Positions 1 to 9,788 of a stretch of DNA of 61,038 nucleotides are shown piece after piece (the stretch's first letter is position 1; each line of letters starts with the position of its first letter). Source of the stretch: a candidate division WWE3 bacterium (GTDB lineage: Bacteria; Patescibacteriota; WWE3; UBA101185; UBA10185). The DNA is taken from assembly GCA_945897985.1 (NCBI GenBank), contig CAMDGN010000001.1:1-61038 (forward strand), read 5' to 3'. Under the pieces are notes generated by a model, which searched no databases, had not been told where the DNA came from, and was given only the letters and a program-made list of their open reading frames with translations. The translations under genes were made by a program, and so were the position numbers.

Positions 1-189
1 GGTGCCATTGAAACTCCTGGAGCTTCCATGAATGAGGAAACTAAGAAAGCAACTCTGCCTTTAATTCCAGCCGGAAGAATCGGAACCCCAATTGATATTG
101 GTCGGGCTGTTGCGTTTTTAGCTTCTGACTACGCCGATTACATAACTGGCCAAGTATTGCCGGTTGACGGTGGTTGGACAATTCACTAA
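1..189 (+). CDS. 3' end of a short-chain dehydrogenase/reductase (FabG-like); 5' part lies outside the window
   Basis: Frame 1 is open from base 1 to TAA at 187-189. The translation ...[38 protein letters not shown] is a typical SDR C-terminus. Confidence 0.7.
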   Translation, partial: GAIETPGASMNEETKKATLPLIPAGRIGTPIDIGRAVAFLASDYADYITGQVLPVDGGWTIH

Positions 190-227
190 TTATTTTTATT
201 AAATTTTAAACCAAGGATTGATTTATT

Positions 228-237
228 TGGCTCCCCC
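228..237. repeat. 10-bp copy (tggctccccc) of the 3' end of tRNA-Asn; possible distal att remnant
   Basis: The same 10-mer occurs at 1938-1947, the CCA end and acceptor stem of the minus-strand tRNA-Asn. The two copies bracket the nuclease, orphan ORF and recombinase fragment. Confidence 0.35.
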
Positions 238-316
238 TAGTAGACATGTTTATAGCAGGAGATATTGAGTTTGGTTTTAGTATTTCAAACCTTAAATGCG
301 TTGCAGAAACGTTGGC

Positions 317-1243
317 TTAATTTTCGGCTAGTCTTTTATAGATTTGCTTTATTATCCTTGTTGCGTACTCTAGGTCGTCCGTATTCTCAACATCTATAAG
401 ACTTACATGTTGATTGTAATATTTAAAGCTATTAGTAAAATACGATACTTTGCCTTCAGGGTCTTTAACATCTTGTGGTTGTGTTCTTAATAACTCTATT
501 GTCAGTTTTGTACTCTTAGCTTTTACATTTACTAAATTCTTTGTACCTAATCTAAATCCAATATAGGACTTTACAGGTTTAATTTCCATACTTGGGTCTA
601 GTTCAAGCATTCTTGTAGAAAGTTCTTCGAACAGCTCTTTGGTTTTAGACCAATCACCCTTTATATGGTCTCCTAATGTGTATGGCTTGACTTCTTTGGA
701 TACGACATTCATATCCGCACTTTTTGCTATTTTCTTTATACTCTCACTCTTTTTAGACGCTCTTAGTTGGTTGAACACCAGTATGTCTCCTTCGTAAGGG
801 CTTACCTCCCAAAGTTCAATTGGTAAATCCTGAAAACCTATTGCTTCTTGTTGATATGTTGTGAAGGTTTCAGAGACAAATATAACTCTTATTTGTGACC
901 AATCTATATCATCTTTTTGTAAATTCTTATTAAACTTTGCATTGTATAAAAGAACAAAATCAGCTTTGTTATTTAAAGCTAATGCTAAATAAGCAAATCC
1001 TTGGTCTATTACGCTAAAACTACGGTCTCTTTTGTACTCAATCAAAACAAATGTATTTATTTCCGTATCAAAAGCTACCGTATCAATTCTTAGATTATTA
1101 AGTTGAAATTCAGAAGTTACAAACTTTAACCCAAATACTTTATCTAGATTTTTTTCGACTAGTGTCTGTAGATGTTTTTCGAGATTAAACTTTTGATTAC
1201 CCAAGGCTATAAGGTTTTCCCCTGATTTCTTATATATTTGCAT
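317..1243 (-). CDS. PD-(D/E)XK nuclease-like N-domain (NucS/DUF91-like) fused to a DUF5655-like C-domain
   Basis: 308-aa ORF. IDTVAFD...VLIEYKRD fits a D...ExK nuclease core. The C-terminal half resembles DUF5655 as I remember it. Assigned from motifs only. Confidence 0.5.
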   Translation of the reverse strand: MQIYKKSGENLIALGNQKFNLEKHLQTLVEKNLDKVFGLKFVTSEFQLNNLRIDTVAFDTEINTFVLIEYKRDRSFSVIDQGFAYLALALNNKADFVLLYNAKFNKNLQKDDIDWSQIRVIFVSETFTTYQQEAIGFQDLPIELWEVSPYEGDILVFNQLRASKKSESIKKIAKSADMNVVSKEVKPYTLGDHIKGDWSKTKELFEELSTRMLELDPSMEIKPVKSYIGFRLGTKNLVNVKAKSTKLTIELLRTQPQDVKDPEGKVSYFTNSFKYYNQHVSLIDVENTDDLEYATRIIKQIYKRLAEN

Positions 1244-1303
1244 AAGAGTATTGTACCAAAAGTGATAAAGTATGGTAATTAAAGTTAAAGATGTAATAAA
1301 GAA

Positions 1304-1654
1304 GTGACCAAATTGGAAGCAATAACAGAAAAACTTAATACCATTTATGATAGGGTTTCTAATATTCCCAATCTAAAGCATTTGATGCTATCCCTATACG
1401 AATATCTTGAAGTCTTTAATAATAATTCTGAGCTTATACCTCTAAACGACGCCATAAAGAGAATGGCTTATGAAGATACAAAACACATAAAGGATTTAGA
1501 AGAAAAGTCTCTGCAGGAGACTGAGAAAGCTTACAAATGTTTAAAAGCCTATCTGGTTAAAGAGCATATTACAGAAGATAGAGTTTTAAACGAAATAACC
1601 AACTATGAAGGTTCTTTTGCAGGAACTTATAGAAGTTCTTTAGGGAATTACTGA
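1304..1654 (+). CDS. hypothetical protein (GTG start)
   Basis: 116-aa ORF with no recognisable motif. It lies inside the putative decayed element. Confidence 0.35.
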   Translation: MTKLEAITEKLNTIYDRVSNIPNLKHLMLSLYEYLEVFNNNSELIPLNDAIKRMAYEDTKHIKDLEEKSLQETEKAYKCLKAYLVKEHITEDRVLNEITNYEGSFAGTYRSSLGNY

Positions 1655-1979
1655 CGATGAGTATGACAAATATTATGAAAGCTTTCGTTCAAAAATAGAG
1701 GAAATAGATACCCAATTAGCCATTTTACAAGACGCCGAGGATAACTACTATACAACCGCTAAATACTTGCTAGAGCTGGCTAATCGAGCATACGACCTAT
1801 TTATAGGTTCGGAAGTGGAAGAAAGAAGGCAATTATTGAAATTAGTACTATCGAACCTAAGAGTAGAAGAGGATAAAGTTTGTTATGACGCTGTAAAACC
1901 CTTTGATTCAATACTCGTTTCTGCAAATAGTCAATTATGGCTCCCCCGCGTGGATTCGAACCACGAACCTTTAAGTTAA
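1644..1979 (+). pseudogene. C-terminal remnant of a large serine recombinase, reading into tRNA-Asn
   Basis: The frame is open from 1644 with no catalytic N-domain. The tail ...EERRQLLKLVLSNLRVEEDKVCYDAVKPFDSIL... is typical of large serine recombinase C-termini. The last residues (WLPRVDSNHEPLS) are encoded by the tRNA complement. Confidence 0.5.
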
Positions 1980-2012
1980 CAGCTTACTGCTCTGCCGTTG
2001 AGCTACAGGGGA
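1938..2012 (-). tRNA. tRNA-Asn (GTT)
   Basis: Hand-folded cloverleaf. Acceptor TCCCCTG/CGGGGGA, GTTCGAATC T-loop, anticodon loop CTGTTAA, encoded CCA. Confidence 0.9.
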
Positions 2013-2072
2013 ACAAACTAACTTGTAATTTATCACAAAAAAATGAGATTTTCAATTGATGAAAGGCTGATT

Positions 2073-2867
2073 TTACGAAGATTGTTTGAGTTTTTGATCG
2101 AGTTTAAACTTCAGAAAGAATCCCAAAGCAAAAAATCCTAAAACAAACACATGGATAAAATTAAGGGGGAGCTTGAAGTAGGATACAGGCACTTCAATTA
2201 GTAGGAATATTCCATAATACACAACCGCTAAAGCTCTAATTAATTCTTTTTCTGGCTGGTAGCCTGAGAACTTCAGAAGATAGAAAACAGCTGTAGTTAG
2301 CAGGAGATAGCCCCAAAGGAATTCGCTTACGTAAAGTATTAATTTCTGCATAGCCATTGCTCCAAGCAAGGTTTTCAAAAATCCTGAGCCATTTAGGTCT
2401 AAAGATTCAACAAATGTTTTTACAGTCTCCTTATTTATAGTAATTTCTTCCCTATTTCCCAAGACAGAAGCTAGAGGGATGTTTTGAAATTCTCCATCAA
2501 CTTTAATAATTATTTCTTTAGAATTAAGAATAGCTAGAACTCCCTTATCAGAAAAATCAGCATAATCAGTTTTTTTAGAAATATAAATCAAATTTTTGGA
2601 ATTAAGTTCGAGTGGAAATCCTGTATTTTCTAGAAGATAGCTATCTGCATTCAACTCAATATCCTCTTTTTTGATTTTAAGCTCAATATTTTTTTCAGAG
2701 ATTACTTTAGAAAAATACTCCGACATTTTAATGGCTTCATTTTTAAAAATATTGAATTGAACAAAGTAGTAGACTGAAAATGAGATAATTAAATTTGACA
2801 GGGCGCAGAGCCCAAATACCGCAATTGCTTTTTTCAATTTTAATTCTAGTAAAAAATTCATTAACAT
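2073..2867 (-). CDS. polytopic membrane protein, unknown function
   Basis: 264-aa ORF with an N-terminal TM segment and several C-terminal hydrophobic segments. Divergent from the giant secreted protein gene. Confidence 0.55.
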   Translation of the reverse strand: MLMNFLLELKLKKAIAVFGLCALSNLIISFSVYYFVQFNIFKNEAIKMSEYFSKVISEKNIELKIKKEDIELNADSYLLENTGFPLELNSKNLIYISKKTDYADFSDKGVLAILNSKEIIIKVDGEFQNIPLASVLGNREEITINKETVKTFVESLDLNGSGFLKTLLGAMAMQKLILYVSEFLWGYLLLTTAVFYLLKFSGYQPEKELIRALAVVYYGIFLLIEVPVSYFKLPLNFIHVFVLGFFALGFFLKFKLDQKLKQSS

Positions 2868-2914
2868 ATTCTATCAAACATAAAAATAAATATTCTCTTG
2901 ATGTATAATTTAAA

Positions 2915-5900
2915 ATGATGAGGTATCGAATTTTTCCTATATTTTCAATCATTTTTGCTTTTATAGTTATGAGCAATAATTCAGTTTTTGCTTCTGAATT
3001 ACTTACAAAATATAATTTAATTTTTGCAACTAATCCACGAACAGGTTTGCAGATTTACGATCCTGAGCAAGTTGCCTATTCTGGAATTACCTTCGGCACC
3101 CAGCCCTACCCCGGAGCTAATGAAATTATAGATTTTAAATTAGGTGCTTCTACAATGAGGACTACAACCTTAAATCCTAACAAACCAGTTATCGGTTTCC
3201 CAGACGATTGTTATCCAGACGACCCTAATAATCCTGAAGGAAATATTTTAATTAGTGGAAAAATTATTTCAAATTTTACCAACAAACCAGTTAATGGTGC
3301 TGTTGTTGCTGTATTTATGGGAGCCGAGCACTTAAATAACGATGGAAATGACGGTAACGGTATGCAATATGATGATAAGTTTGTAGTTGGTGGTAAAGAC
3401 ATAAATGGAAGATTGACCAATCTTTATTATTACGATGTATCAAAAGATGGTGAGTATAAAGTATTTGCTTGTAACGCATATAAACAGCTCTCTGACTCTA
3501 GAAAAAGAGAATTAAAAAACACAATTTTTAGAAACAATACTTTTTGTCCTGAAGGATATGTAAACACGGGATCTGGTTGTAACTATTACGACTATACAAA
3601 AGCATTTCCTAAATTCTCTCTAGCTGTTATTTGTGGAATGGCAAACACTGTAGATTCAAGCCTTCCCTCACCTATAATCGGAGAAATCTATTCTATTGAT
3701 AATTACAACGATTCTTACAAAGGAGGAAACCCCCCAACTTACATGAAAAAAAATAATTTTGATATCAGGGTTAATTGTCAGGAAAACCTTCCTTCGTTCC
3801 CAATACCATTATATTTGGAGTACGCATCGCCTAACAATGTTGCCTCTTGTAGAATGGATGACATCAGTCCCAGCTTAAAAAATTATTTTAACAAAGTGCA
3901 ACTTCCTTTAAGAAATTTCCAGTTTGATTTAACCGCTTCCTCTGGAGGAAGCGTAATTCCGGACGAGGGTGCTCTACCAAATTGTGTAAATCCGGATGAT
4001 ATTTTTTGTCTAAAAAACTTCATTACTAAATCTTTCCAAAAACCTGAGTTAGGTAAAAACATTTATTCTTATGGAGCAAAAACTTACCTATCAGATCAAA
4101 ATGTAAATCCAAATACTAAAGATGAGATTTTAAAATATGCTTCAGCTCATCAGTCCAGAACAATAGACTTGAGCGATGCTGAAACAAACGGTTTGACTGG
4201 CGAAGCTGGTAGAAACTTTTTAGCAAAAGATTCGGACTCCACATTTGGTCAATTTGACGCAAAAATGGATGTAAAATCTTTTATCGATGATGTTAAATTT
4301 GATCTTTCAAGTCTAAAAGATTTATACGCATGTTTCACAACTTTTAACTCACCTGCTATGAGAACTAATGCGGAATTAGATGAGGCCGATTATCAAAGAG
4401 CTGTCCGAAGTCCTGGAACATACAATTACAACCCAAATTTAAGAATCCCATCTTGTAAAGAATTATATTGTGGACAAGAATTTCTTCCTGATAATAGGGT
4501 TTGTAAGGTTGTTAAACCGAGTGTAGCTGAGGATGAAAAATATGGAAACAATTTTTCGATGAAAGAGAACGATAAATTTATTCAACTTAACGCTCTAACA
4601 GGTTACGGTCCGGGAGTTACTCTAAACCTTCAATCCCAAAAAGAAATTTCACAAAATTTGTTAGTATTATCTAAAGATTTAATTAATTCCGATTTTAATC
4701 CTAAAAAACCTTTTGATGGTGCTGTGTACAGATCTGTATCCAAGGTTTCAGACATTGTTGCTTGTTTAGATGATAATAACAGGCCTGTTTATTTAAATGA
4801 TAATTCGTCGGGCAATGAAGGTTCAATTACATATACAGTAAATGATCAACAAACAACTTTTTACTCTCCTGTCCCCTTTATGAGTTATTTATCTATTCCT
4901 TATAATATTGAATTATTTCACTCAATTGTGAGCGATAACTATAAAAACCAACTTGGTCAAACATCCTCTTCTTTATTTCCAGAGCAATGTAATGGGGAAG
5001 GAGCCGATCAAAAATTTGCAAACTGTAGATCTGCTGTGATTCCAGGAGGTGTTTATTCTATCTCAGCGCTTAGATTAATTGCAAACATGTGTAGTAATGT
5101 AACAAAGCTTCCGACATCTGATGCAGGAGTCTTTAACAGGGTTATGGGATTAACAGGAGAAAATACCTCTAGTTTGATCAACAGTTCCACTTTAAATAGA
5201 AGTATGGATATTGAATTATCTGTGACAAAAATAGGTACCCCAGTTTCTTTATGTTTGTGTAAAGCGGGAGATTACAATTGTAATTATAATTCAAAATTAA
5301 ATAATTTAGAAAATCCTTCAGACGCCGCAATTTCGAGTTTTATTAGAGATGGCGACCAAAATAATGGTAATAACTACTTAGGCGTTAAATGTAATAATAA
5401 ATTTGGTAGTGAAGCAGTTAAAGATCCTTCTAAAGATTGTGCAGATATTGCAAATCGAAACGCTGATAAAAATGTTCCTATTACAAATCCAAACTTTGCT
5501 GGGGCAGGTGGAAACTCCTTACAGGTCAAATGGGCATATAGTTACGATATTTTTAAAGATGGTAGGGACGCCAATCACCAATGGATTTCATATTCTTGGG
5601 AAAAAACCGGAAGCGAGCTAACAGCTTATGACACTCCACAAAGAGACTTTTCCCAACTTAGGAATATAAGAAGTGTTTGGAAGAACGCAGCTGCGGGAGG
5701 TGTAAGTGATGCCTGTATTTATGGAAGTGATGCTGGTTGTTTATCGTTTCCAAGGTTAACTTTTGATCTGGATGATCACAAAGTTTCTGCCTTAAACAAT
5801 ACTGAGGCAGTCCAATCTCCAGATTCTGCAGATCCCACAGGAGTTAAGACCACAAATTTTTATGAACCTGGGGCAGGAAGTGCAAGTAACTACGTTAAAG

Positions 5901-6685
5901 GAGATCTAAAAGTTGTTCAAGAAACATTGGATGGTACCTCGGGAGACGTAAAAGTAAAATATCAATTTGATAATGCAAAATATGATCCAATTCCGGATTT
6001 ATTAAATGATTTCAGAAAATATAGTATTTATGGTGCTGTTCCTGGAGGCGAGGAGTATTGTCGAGCACCTAAACTTACAACCTTATTCGACTTTAAAGCT
6101 AATGAATATAACTCTGTAAATCCTGATAAACCAAACGATTTAGTTTATTCAAGAAGTAAGGGTATCTACTGCAACGCAGCAATTCCTGAGGAGATGGAAA
6201 GGTGTGAAGATCCGGCAAACCGAAGATTTAGAGGTATGAATACTGCTGATGATTGTAGAAAGATCAAATGTTTATCTTTCTGTAACCAGATGAATGTTGA
6301 CTATAATTTATATGCAGTTGAAATTGATCAAGGTCGAAAAAATTATTATTGCGTAAACCGAAGCCCTAATATTGGAGTTGAAATGCAAATGAATACAGGT
6401 GATGAAGGTTGTATACTTGATTACGTAAAAAGAATGAGGACTGTTTACGCCGTTCCTGCTGAAGTTGATTCAAGCTATGTTTCAGTTAAAAATGATCCTA
6501 GATTTGATAAATCAAATTACCCTATTTATAACAATAACTTATGTAAAAACCCGTCAACCAGAAATCCCGCTGATCCTTCATACACTTTTGATGGAGGAAG
6601 TTGTAATCCCTTTGTTGGAGATAAATTAAAAGATGGGGCTGCTCTGGAAAACACTGATTTCAATATCCCAATCAATATTCCTTAA
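2915..6685 (+). CDS. giant secreted Cys-rich protein, unknown function
   Basis: 1256-aa ORF. Signal-peptide-like N-terminus (…FAFIVMSNNSVFASE), dozens of Cys, Asn/Asp/Pro-rich. One stretch (ILISGKIISNFTNKPVNGAVVAVF) resembles a carboxypeptidase-regulatory-like fold. Confidence 0.8.
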   Translation: MMRYRIFPIFSIIFAFIVMSNNSVFASELLTKYNLIFATNPRTGLQIYDPEQVAYSGITFGTQPYPGANEIIDFKLGASTMRTTTLNPNKPVIGFPDDCYPDDPNNPEGNILISGKIISNFTNKPVNGAVVAVFMGAEHLNNDGNDGNGMQYDDKFVVGGKDINGRLTNLYYYDVSKDGEYKVFACNAYKQLSDSRKRELKNTIFRNNTFCPEGYVNTGSGCNYYDYTKAFPKFSLAVICGMANTVDSSLPSPIIGEIYSIDNYNDSYKGGNPPTYMKKNNFDIRVNCQENLPSFPIPLYLEYASPNNVASCRMDDISPSLKNYFNKVQLPLRNFQFDLTASSGGSVIPDEGALPNCVNPDDIFCLKNFITKSFQKPELGKNIYSYGAKTYLSDQNVNPNTKDEILKYASAHQSRTIDLSDAETNGLTGEAGRNFLAKDSDSTFGQFDAKMDVKSFIDDVKFDLSSLKDLYACFTTFNSPAMRTNAELDEADYQRAVRSPGTYNYNPNLRIPSCKELYCGQEFLPDNRVCKVVKPSVAEDEKYGNNFSMKENDKFIQLNALTGYGPGVTLNLQSQKEISQNLLVLSKDLINSDFNPKKPFDGAVYRSVSKVSDIVACLDDNNRPVYLNDNSSGNEGSITYTVNDQQTTFYSPVPFMSYLSIPYNIELFHSIVSDNYKNQLGQTSSSLFPEQCNGEGADQKFANCRSAVIPGGVYSISALRLIANMCSNVTKLPTSDAGVFNRVMGLTGENTSSLINSSTLNRSMDIELSVTKIGTPVSLCLCKAGDYNCNYNSKLNNLENPSDAAISSFIRDGDQNNGNNYLGVKCNNKFGSEAVKDPSKDCADIANRNADKNVPITNPNFAGAGGNSLQVKWAYSYDIFKDGRDANHQWISYSWEKTGSELTAYDTPQRDFSQLRNIRSVWKNAAAGGVSDACIYGSDAGCLSFPRLTFDLDDHKVSALNNTEAVQSPDSADPTGVKTTNFYEPGAGSASNYVKGDLKVVQETLDGTSGDVKVKYQFDNAKYDPIPDLLNDFRKYSIYGAVPGGEEYCRAPKLTTLFDFKANEYNSVNPDKPNDLVYSRSKGIYCNAAIPEEMERCEDPANRRFRGMNTADDCRKIKCLSFCNQMNVDYNLYAVEIDQGRKNYYCVNRSPNIGVEMQMNTGDEGCILDYVKRMRTVYAVPAEVDSSYVSVKNDPRFDKSNYPIYNNNLCKNPSTRNPADPSYTFDGGSCNPFVGDKLKDGAALENTDFNIPINIP

Positions 6686-6720
6686 AGTCAAACCTCCATA
6701 AATCTGCCCCTACAAATCTG

Positions 6721-6754
6721 TTGAAATATTTTAAATATAGACTATCATCTATAT
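6721..6754 (+). promoter_or_regulatory. candidate promoter (TTGAAA-16-TATCAT) overlapped by a perfect inverted repeat ATATAGA-N6-TCTATAT
   Basis: -35 at 6721-6726, -10 at 6743-6748, IR at 6735-6754. The ATG of the ArsR gene is at 6758, with no SD. Confidence 0.35.
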
Positions 6755-6757
6755 CTA

Positions 6758-7036
6758 ATGACTAAAGGTTGTAATTGCCAAGGATGTTTCGGTTCTTTAG
6801 GAATTGATTCCAGATATAAAATTTATGAATTCCTAAAAAAGGAAGCTAAAACTGTATCTGAAATTGCGACTTTTATTGGACTTAAGCAACCAACTATAAC
6901 TTACCATTTAAAGCAAATGGAGCTCTCTGGGCTTTTAAAAAGTCGAAAAGATGGTCATTTTGTTTATTATGAAGTAAGTGAAGTTTGTCCTCAAACCTTG
7001 AGAAGTTGTATTTTAGTTCCTATGAGAAGTAATTAA
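6758..7036 (+). CDS. ArsR/SmtB-family winged-helix regulator with N-terminal CxCxxC, heading the suf operon
   Basis: 92 aa. KIYEFLKK...VSEIATFIGLKQPTITYHLKQMELSGLL is a classic ArsR HTH. It sits directly upstream of sufC. Confidence 0.8.
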   Translation: MTKGCNCQGCFGSLGIDSRYKIYEFLKKEAKTVSEIATFIGLKQPTITYHLKQMELSGLLKSRKDGHFVYYEVSEVCPQTLRSCILVPMRSN

Positions 7037-7056
7037 TTGATCTGCCGGAAAAAATA

Positions 7057-7788
7057 ATGTTAGAAATAAAAAATTTAAAAGTAAATATAGGTGACAAAGA
7101 AATCTTAAAAGGATTAAATTTAGAAATTGGTCAGAATCAAATTCACGCAATCATGGGACCAAATGGTTCCGGTAAATCAACCTTAGCCCAAACTTTAATG
7201 GGTCATCCTGGTTATGAAGTAACAGCAGGCGAAGTATCTTTCTTAAATGAAAATATTCTTGAAATGGAGCCAAACGAAAGAGCCGCAAAAGGCTTATTTC
7301 TTTCTTTCCAATACCCATCAGAAGTTGAGGGTGTAAATATTATTTCTTATTTAAGAATGATTTATAACCATTCTCATAACGAGAAACTTTCTCCAATTAA
7401 ATTTAGAGAGCTCTTAAAAGAAAAAATGACAATTCTAGATATTAAAGATGAGTTTTTAAATAGATACTTAAACGACGGATTTTCTGGCGGAGAAAAAAAG
7501 AGAATGGAGATGTTACAGATGCTTGTGTTAGAACCAAAATTAGCAATTCTTGATGAAACTGATTCAGGTCTAGACGTTGATGCTTTGAAGGTTGTTTCTC
7601 AAGCTGTAAATTATTTAGCTGAAAAAAATGGAATGTCTGCAATTGTTATCACCCACTACACTAGAATTTTAAAATACATCAAGCCTGAGTTTGTACACAT
7701 CTTAAAGGATGGAAAAATAATCAAACAAGGGGGAGAAGCTTTAGCTCACGAGGTCGAAGTATCAGGTTATGCTCCCTATATGAACTAA
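7057..7788 (+). CDS. sufC: Fe-S cluster assembly ATPase SufC
   Basis: Walker [13 protein letters not shown] signature FSGGEKKR, Walker [11 protein letters not shown]. suf context. Confidence 0.95.
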   Translation: MLEIKNLKVNIGDKEILKGLNLEIGQNQIHAIMGPNGSGKSTLAQTLMGHPGYEVTAGEVSFLNENILEMEPNERAAKGLFLSFQYPSEVEGVNIISYLRMIYNHSHNEKLSPIKFRELLKEKMTILDIKDEFLNRYLNDGFSGGEKKRMEMLQMLVLEPKLAILDETDSGLDVDALKVVSQAVNYLAEKNGMSAIVITHYTRILKYIKPEFVHILKDGKIIKQGGEALAHEVEVSGYAPYMN

Positions 7789-9188
7789 TGCAAAACATTG
7801 TAATCAACAACGATTATAAAGAGAAATACGGATTTCACGTTGACTCTAATTTTACTCATAAAGCTCAAAAAGGTTTAAATGAGGACATAATCAGAGAAAT
7901 TTCTACAAACAAAAACGAACCGGCTTGGATGCTTGAGTATCGACTTAAAGCTTACGAAATTTTCAAGAAAAAGAAAAATCCAAATTGGGGAGGGAACTTA
8001 GAAGGTATTAATTACGATGAGATTTGTTACTATCTTAGACCTACTGATAAAGAATTAAGAACTTGGGAAGAAGTTCCTGCTGAAATAAAAGATACTTTTG
8101 AAAGACTAGGCGTTCCACAAGCTGAAAGGGAGTTTTTAGCTGGAGTTAAAGCCCAATTCGACTCTTCAGTTGTTTACTCATCCTTATTGTCAGAACTTGA
8201 AGAACAAGGGGTAATCTTTCTCTCAACCGACGAAGCTCTTCAAAAATATCCCCACTTTTTCGAAGAATATTTTGGAAAAGTTATTCCAGCTGGAGATAAT
8301 AAATTTTCAGCCCTAAACTCTTCTGTTTGGTCTGGAGGATCTTTTGTTTATATCCCAAAGGGAGTTCATGTTAAAAGACCACTTCAAGCTTACTTTAGAA
8401 TTAATGCTGTCAACATGGGACAATTCGAAAGAACCCTTATCATTGCTGATGAAGGTTCCTTCTGTCATTACGTTGAAGGCTGTACTGCACCGGTTTATTC
8501 TAAAGACTCACTTCACTCAGCTGTAGTCGAAGTTATAGTTAGAAAAGGCGCCAGATTTAGATACACTACAATTCAAAACTGGTCAAACGATGTTTATAAT
8601 CTTGTAACCAAAAGAGCCAGAGTTGAAGAAGATGGTGTGATGGAATGGGTTGATGGAAACTTAGGATCCCGACTTACAATGAAATACCCTTCTTGTTATT
8701 TAGTTGGTGAAAGAGCTAGAGGTGAGGTTTTATCAATTGCTTATGCTGGAGAACACCAACATCAAGACGCCGGAGCTAAAATGATTCACGCAGCTTCAAA
8801 TACTTCATCAACAATTATTTCCAAGTCTATTTCTACTAATGGTGGAAAATCCTCTTATAGGGGCTTAGTTCAGGTAGCTCCAGGAGCTAAAAATGTCAAA
8901 GTTAGAGTTGAATGTGACGCCTTAATTTTAGATGATAAATCAATTTCAGAAACTTTCCCTACAATGAAGATCAATGATTCTTCAGCTCAAATTGAGCACG
9001 AGGCAACAGTTTCAAAAATTGGTGAGGAAAAATTATTCTACTTAATGTCTCGAGGTTTAAACGAAGCTGAAGCTATGAGTTTAATTGTTTCTGGATTTAT
9101 TGAACCAATTGTTAAGGAGTTACCTCTTGAATATGCAGTTGAATTAAATAGATTAATCGAACTTGAGATGGAAGGAAGTGTTGGCTAA
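7788..9188 (+). CDS. sufB: Fe-S cluster assembly scaffold SufB
   Basis: 466 aa with conserved SufB blocks (…FVYIPKGV…, [27 protein letters not shown]). Start overlaps the sufC stop. Confidence 0.95.
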   Translation: MQNIVINNDYKEKYGFHVDSNFTHKAQKGLNEDIIREISTNKNEPAWMLEYRLKAYEIFKKKKNPNWGGNLEGINYDEICYYLRPTDKELRTWEEVPAEIKDTFERLGVPQAEREFLAGVKAQFDSSVVYSSLLSELEEQGVIFLSTDEALQKYPHFFEEYFGKVIPAGDNKFSALNSSVWSGGSFVYIPKGVHVKRPLQAYFRINAVNMGQFERTLIIADEGSFCHYVEGCTAPVYSKDSLHSAVVEVIVRKGARFRYTTIQNWSNDVYNLVTKRARVEEDGVMEWVDGNLGSRLTMKYPSCYLVGERARGEVLSIAYAGEHQHQDAGAKMIHAASNTSSTIISKSISTNGGKSSYRGLVQVAPGAKNVKVRVECDALILDDKSISETFPTMKINDSSAQIEHEATVSKIGEEKLFYLMSRGLNEAEAMSLIVSGFIEPIVKELPLEYAVELNRLIELEMEGSVG

Positions 9189-9787
9189 TGAGAAAAGCAG
9201 AAATTTTAAAATTAACTCAAAACATTACTTACCAAGTTGTTGAAGATACAGATTTAATTTTGGATTTATTTGAAACTTCTTCTCCAGTAAAACTAGAAAT
9301 TATTTTCGATAAACCTGGCGTTTCATGCCATCTTATTGGTATGTATGTTTTAAATGATGGAGAAAAATTAGATTTCACAACTATCGCGAAACACGAAAGT
9401 AGAAACACATCCTGTCTTCAAGATGTTAGAGGTGTGCTTAGAGATAATTCTGATTCTAAATATATTGGTTCAATTATTATCGAAGAAAATGCTTCTCAAA
9501 CTGAAAGTTTCCTTGATGATAGTGTGTTAGTTTTAGGTCAAGGAACTAAAAATCAATCAGAACCAATTCTTGAAATTAAAAATAACGATGTAAAAGCGAG
9601 CCACGGATCAACAACTGGAAGAATTAATGAAGATGAAATCTTCTATTTACAATCCAGAGGCTTATCAAAAAAAGAAGCAGAAAACATTATTGTCGAAGGT
9701 TTCTTTGAAAAGTTGTTAAATCAAATCGAAGATACTACAATTAGAGAAGTAATTGCCGAAAAACTTGCTTCAAAACTAAATCAATAA
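9188..9787 (+). CDS. sufD: short SufD-like protein
   Basis: 199 aa. The C-terminal block ASHGSTTGRINEDEIFYLQSRGLSKKEAENIIVEGF is the SufB/D family signature. About half the usual SufD length. Confidence 0.75.
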   Translation: MRKAEILKLTQNITYQVVEDTDLILDLFETSSPVKLEIIFDKPGVSCHLIGMYVLNDGEKLDFTTIAKHESRNTSCLQDVRGVLRDNSDSKYIGSIIIEENASQTESFLDDSVLVLGQGTKNQSEPILEIKNNDVKASHGSTTGRINEDEIFYLQSRGLSKKEAENIIVEGFFEKLLNQIEDTTIREVIAEKLASKLNQ

Positions 9788-9788
9788 G

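Noticed and set aside
2743-2976. 77-aa minus-strand ORF spanning the 2073..2867 / 2915..6685 divergent promoter region.
   Set aside because: It overlaps both real gene starts and the intergenic promoter. It is low-complexity and has no support.
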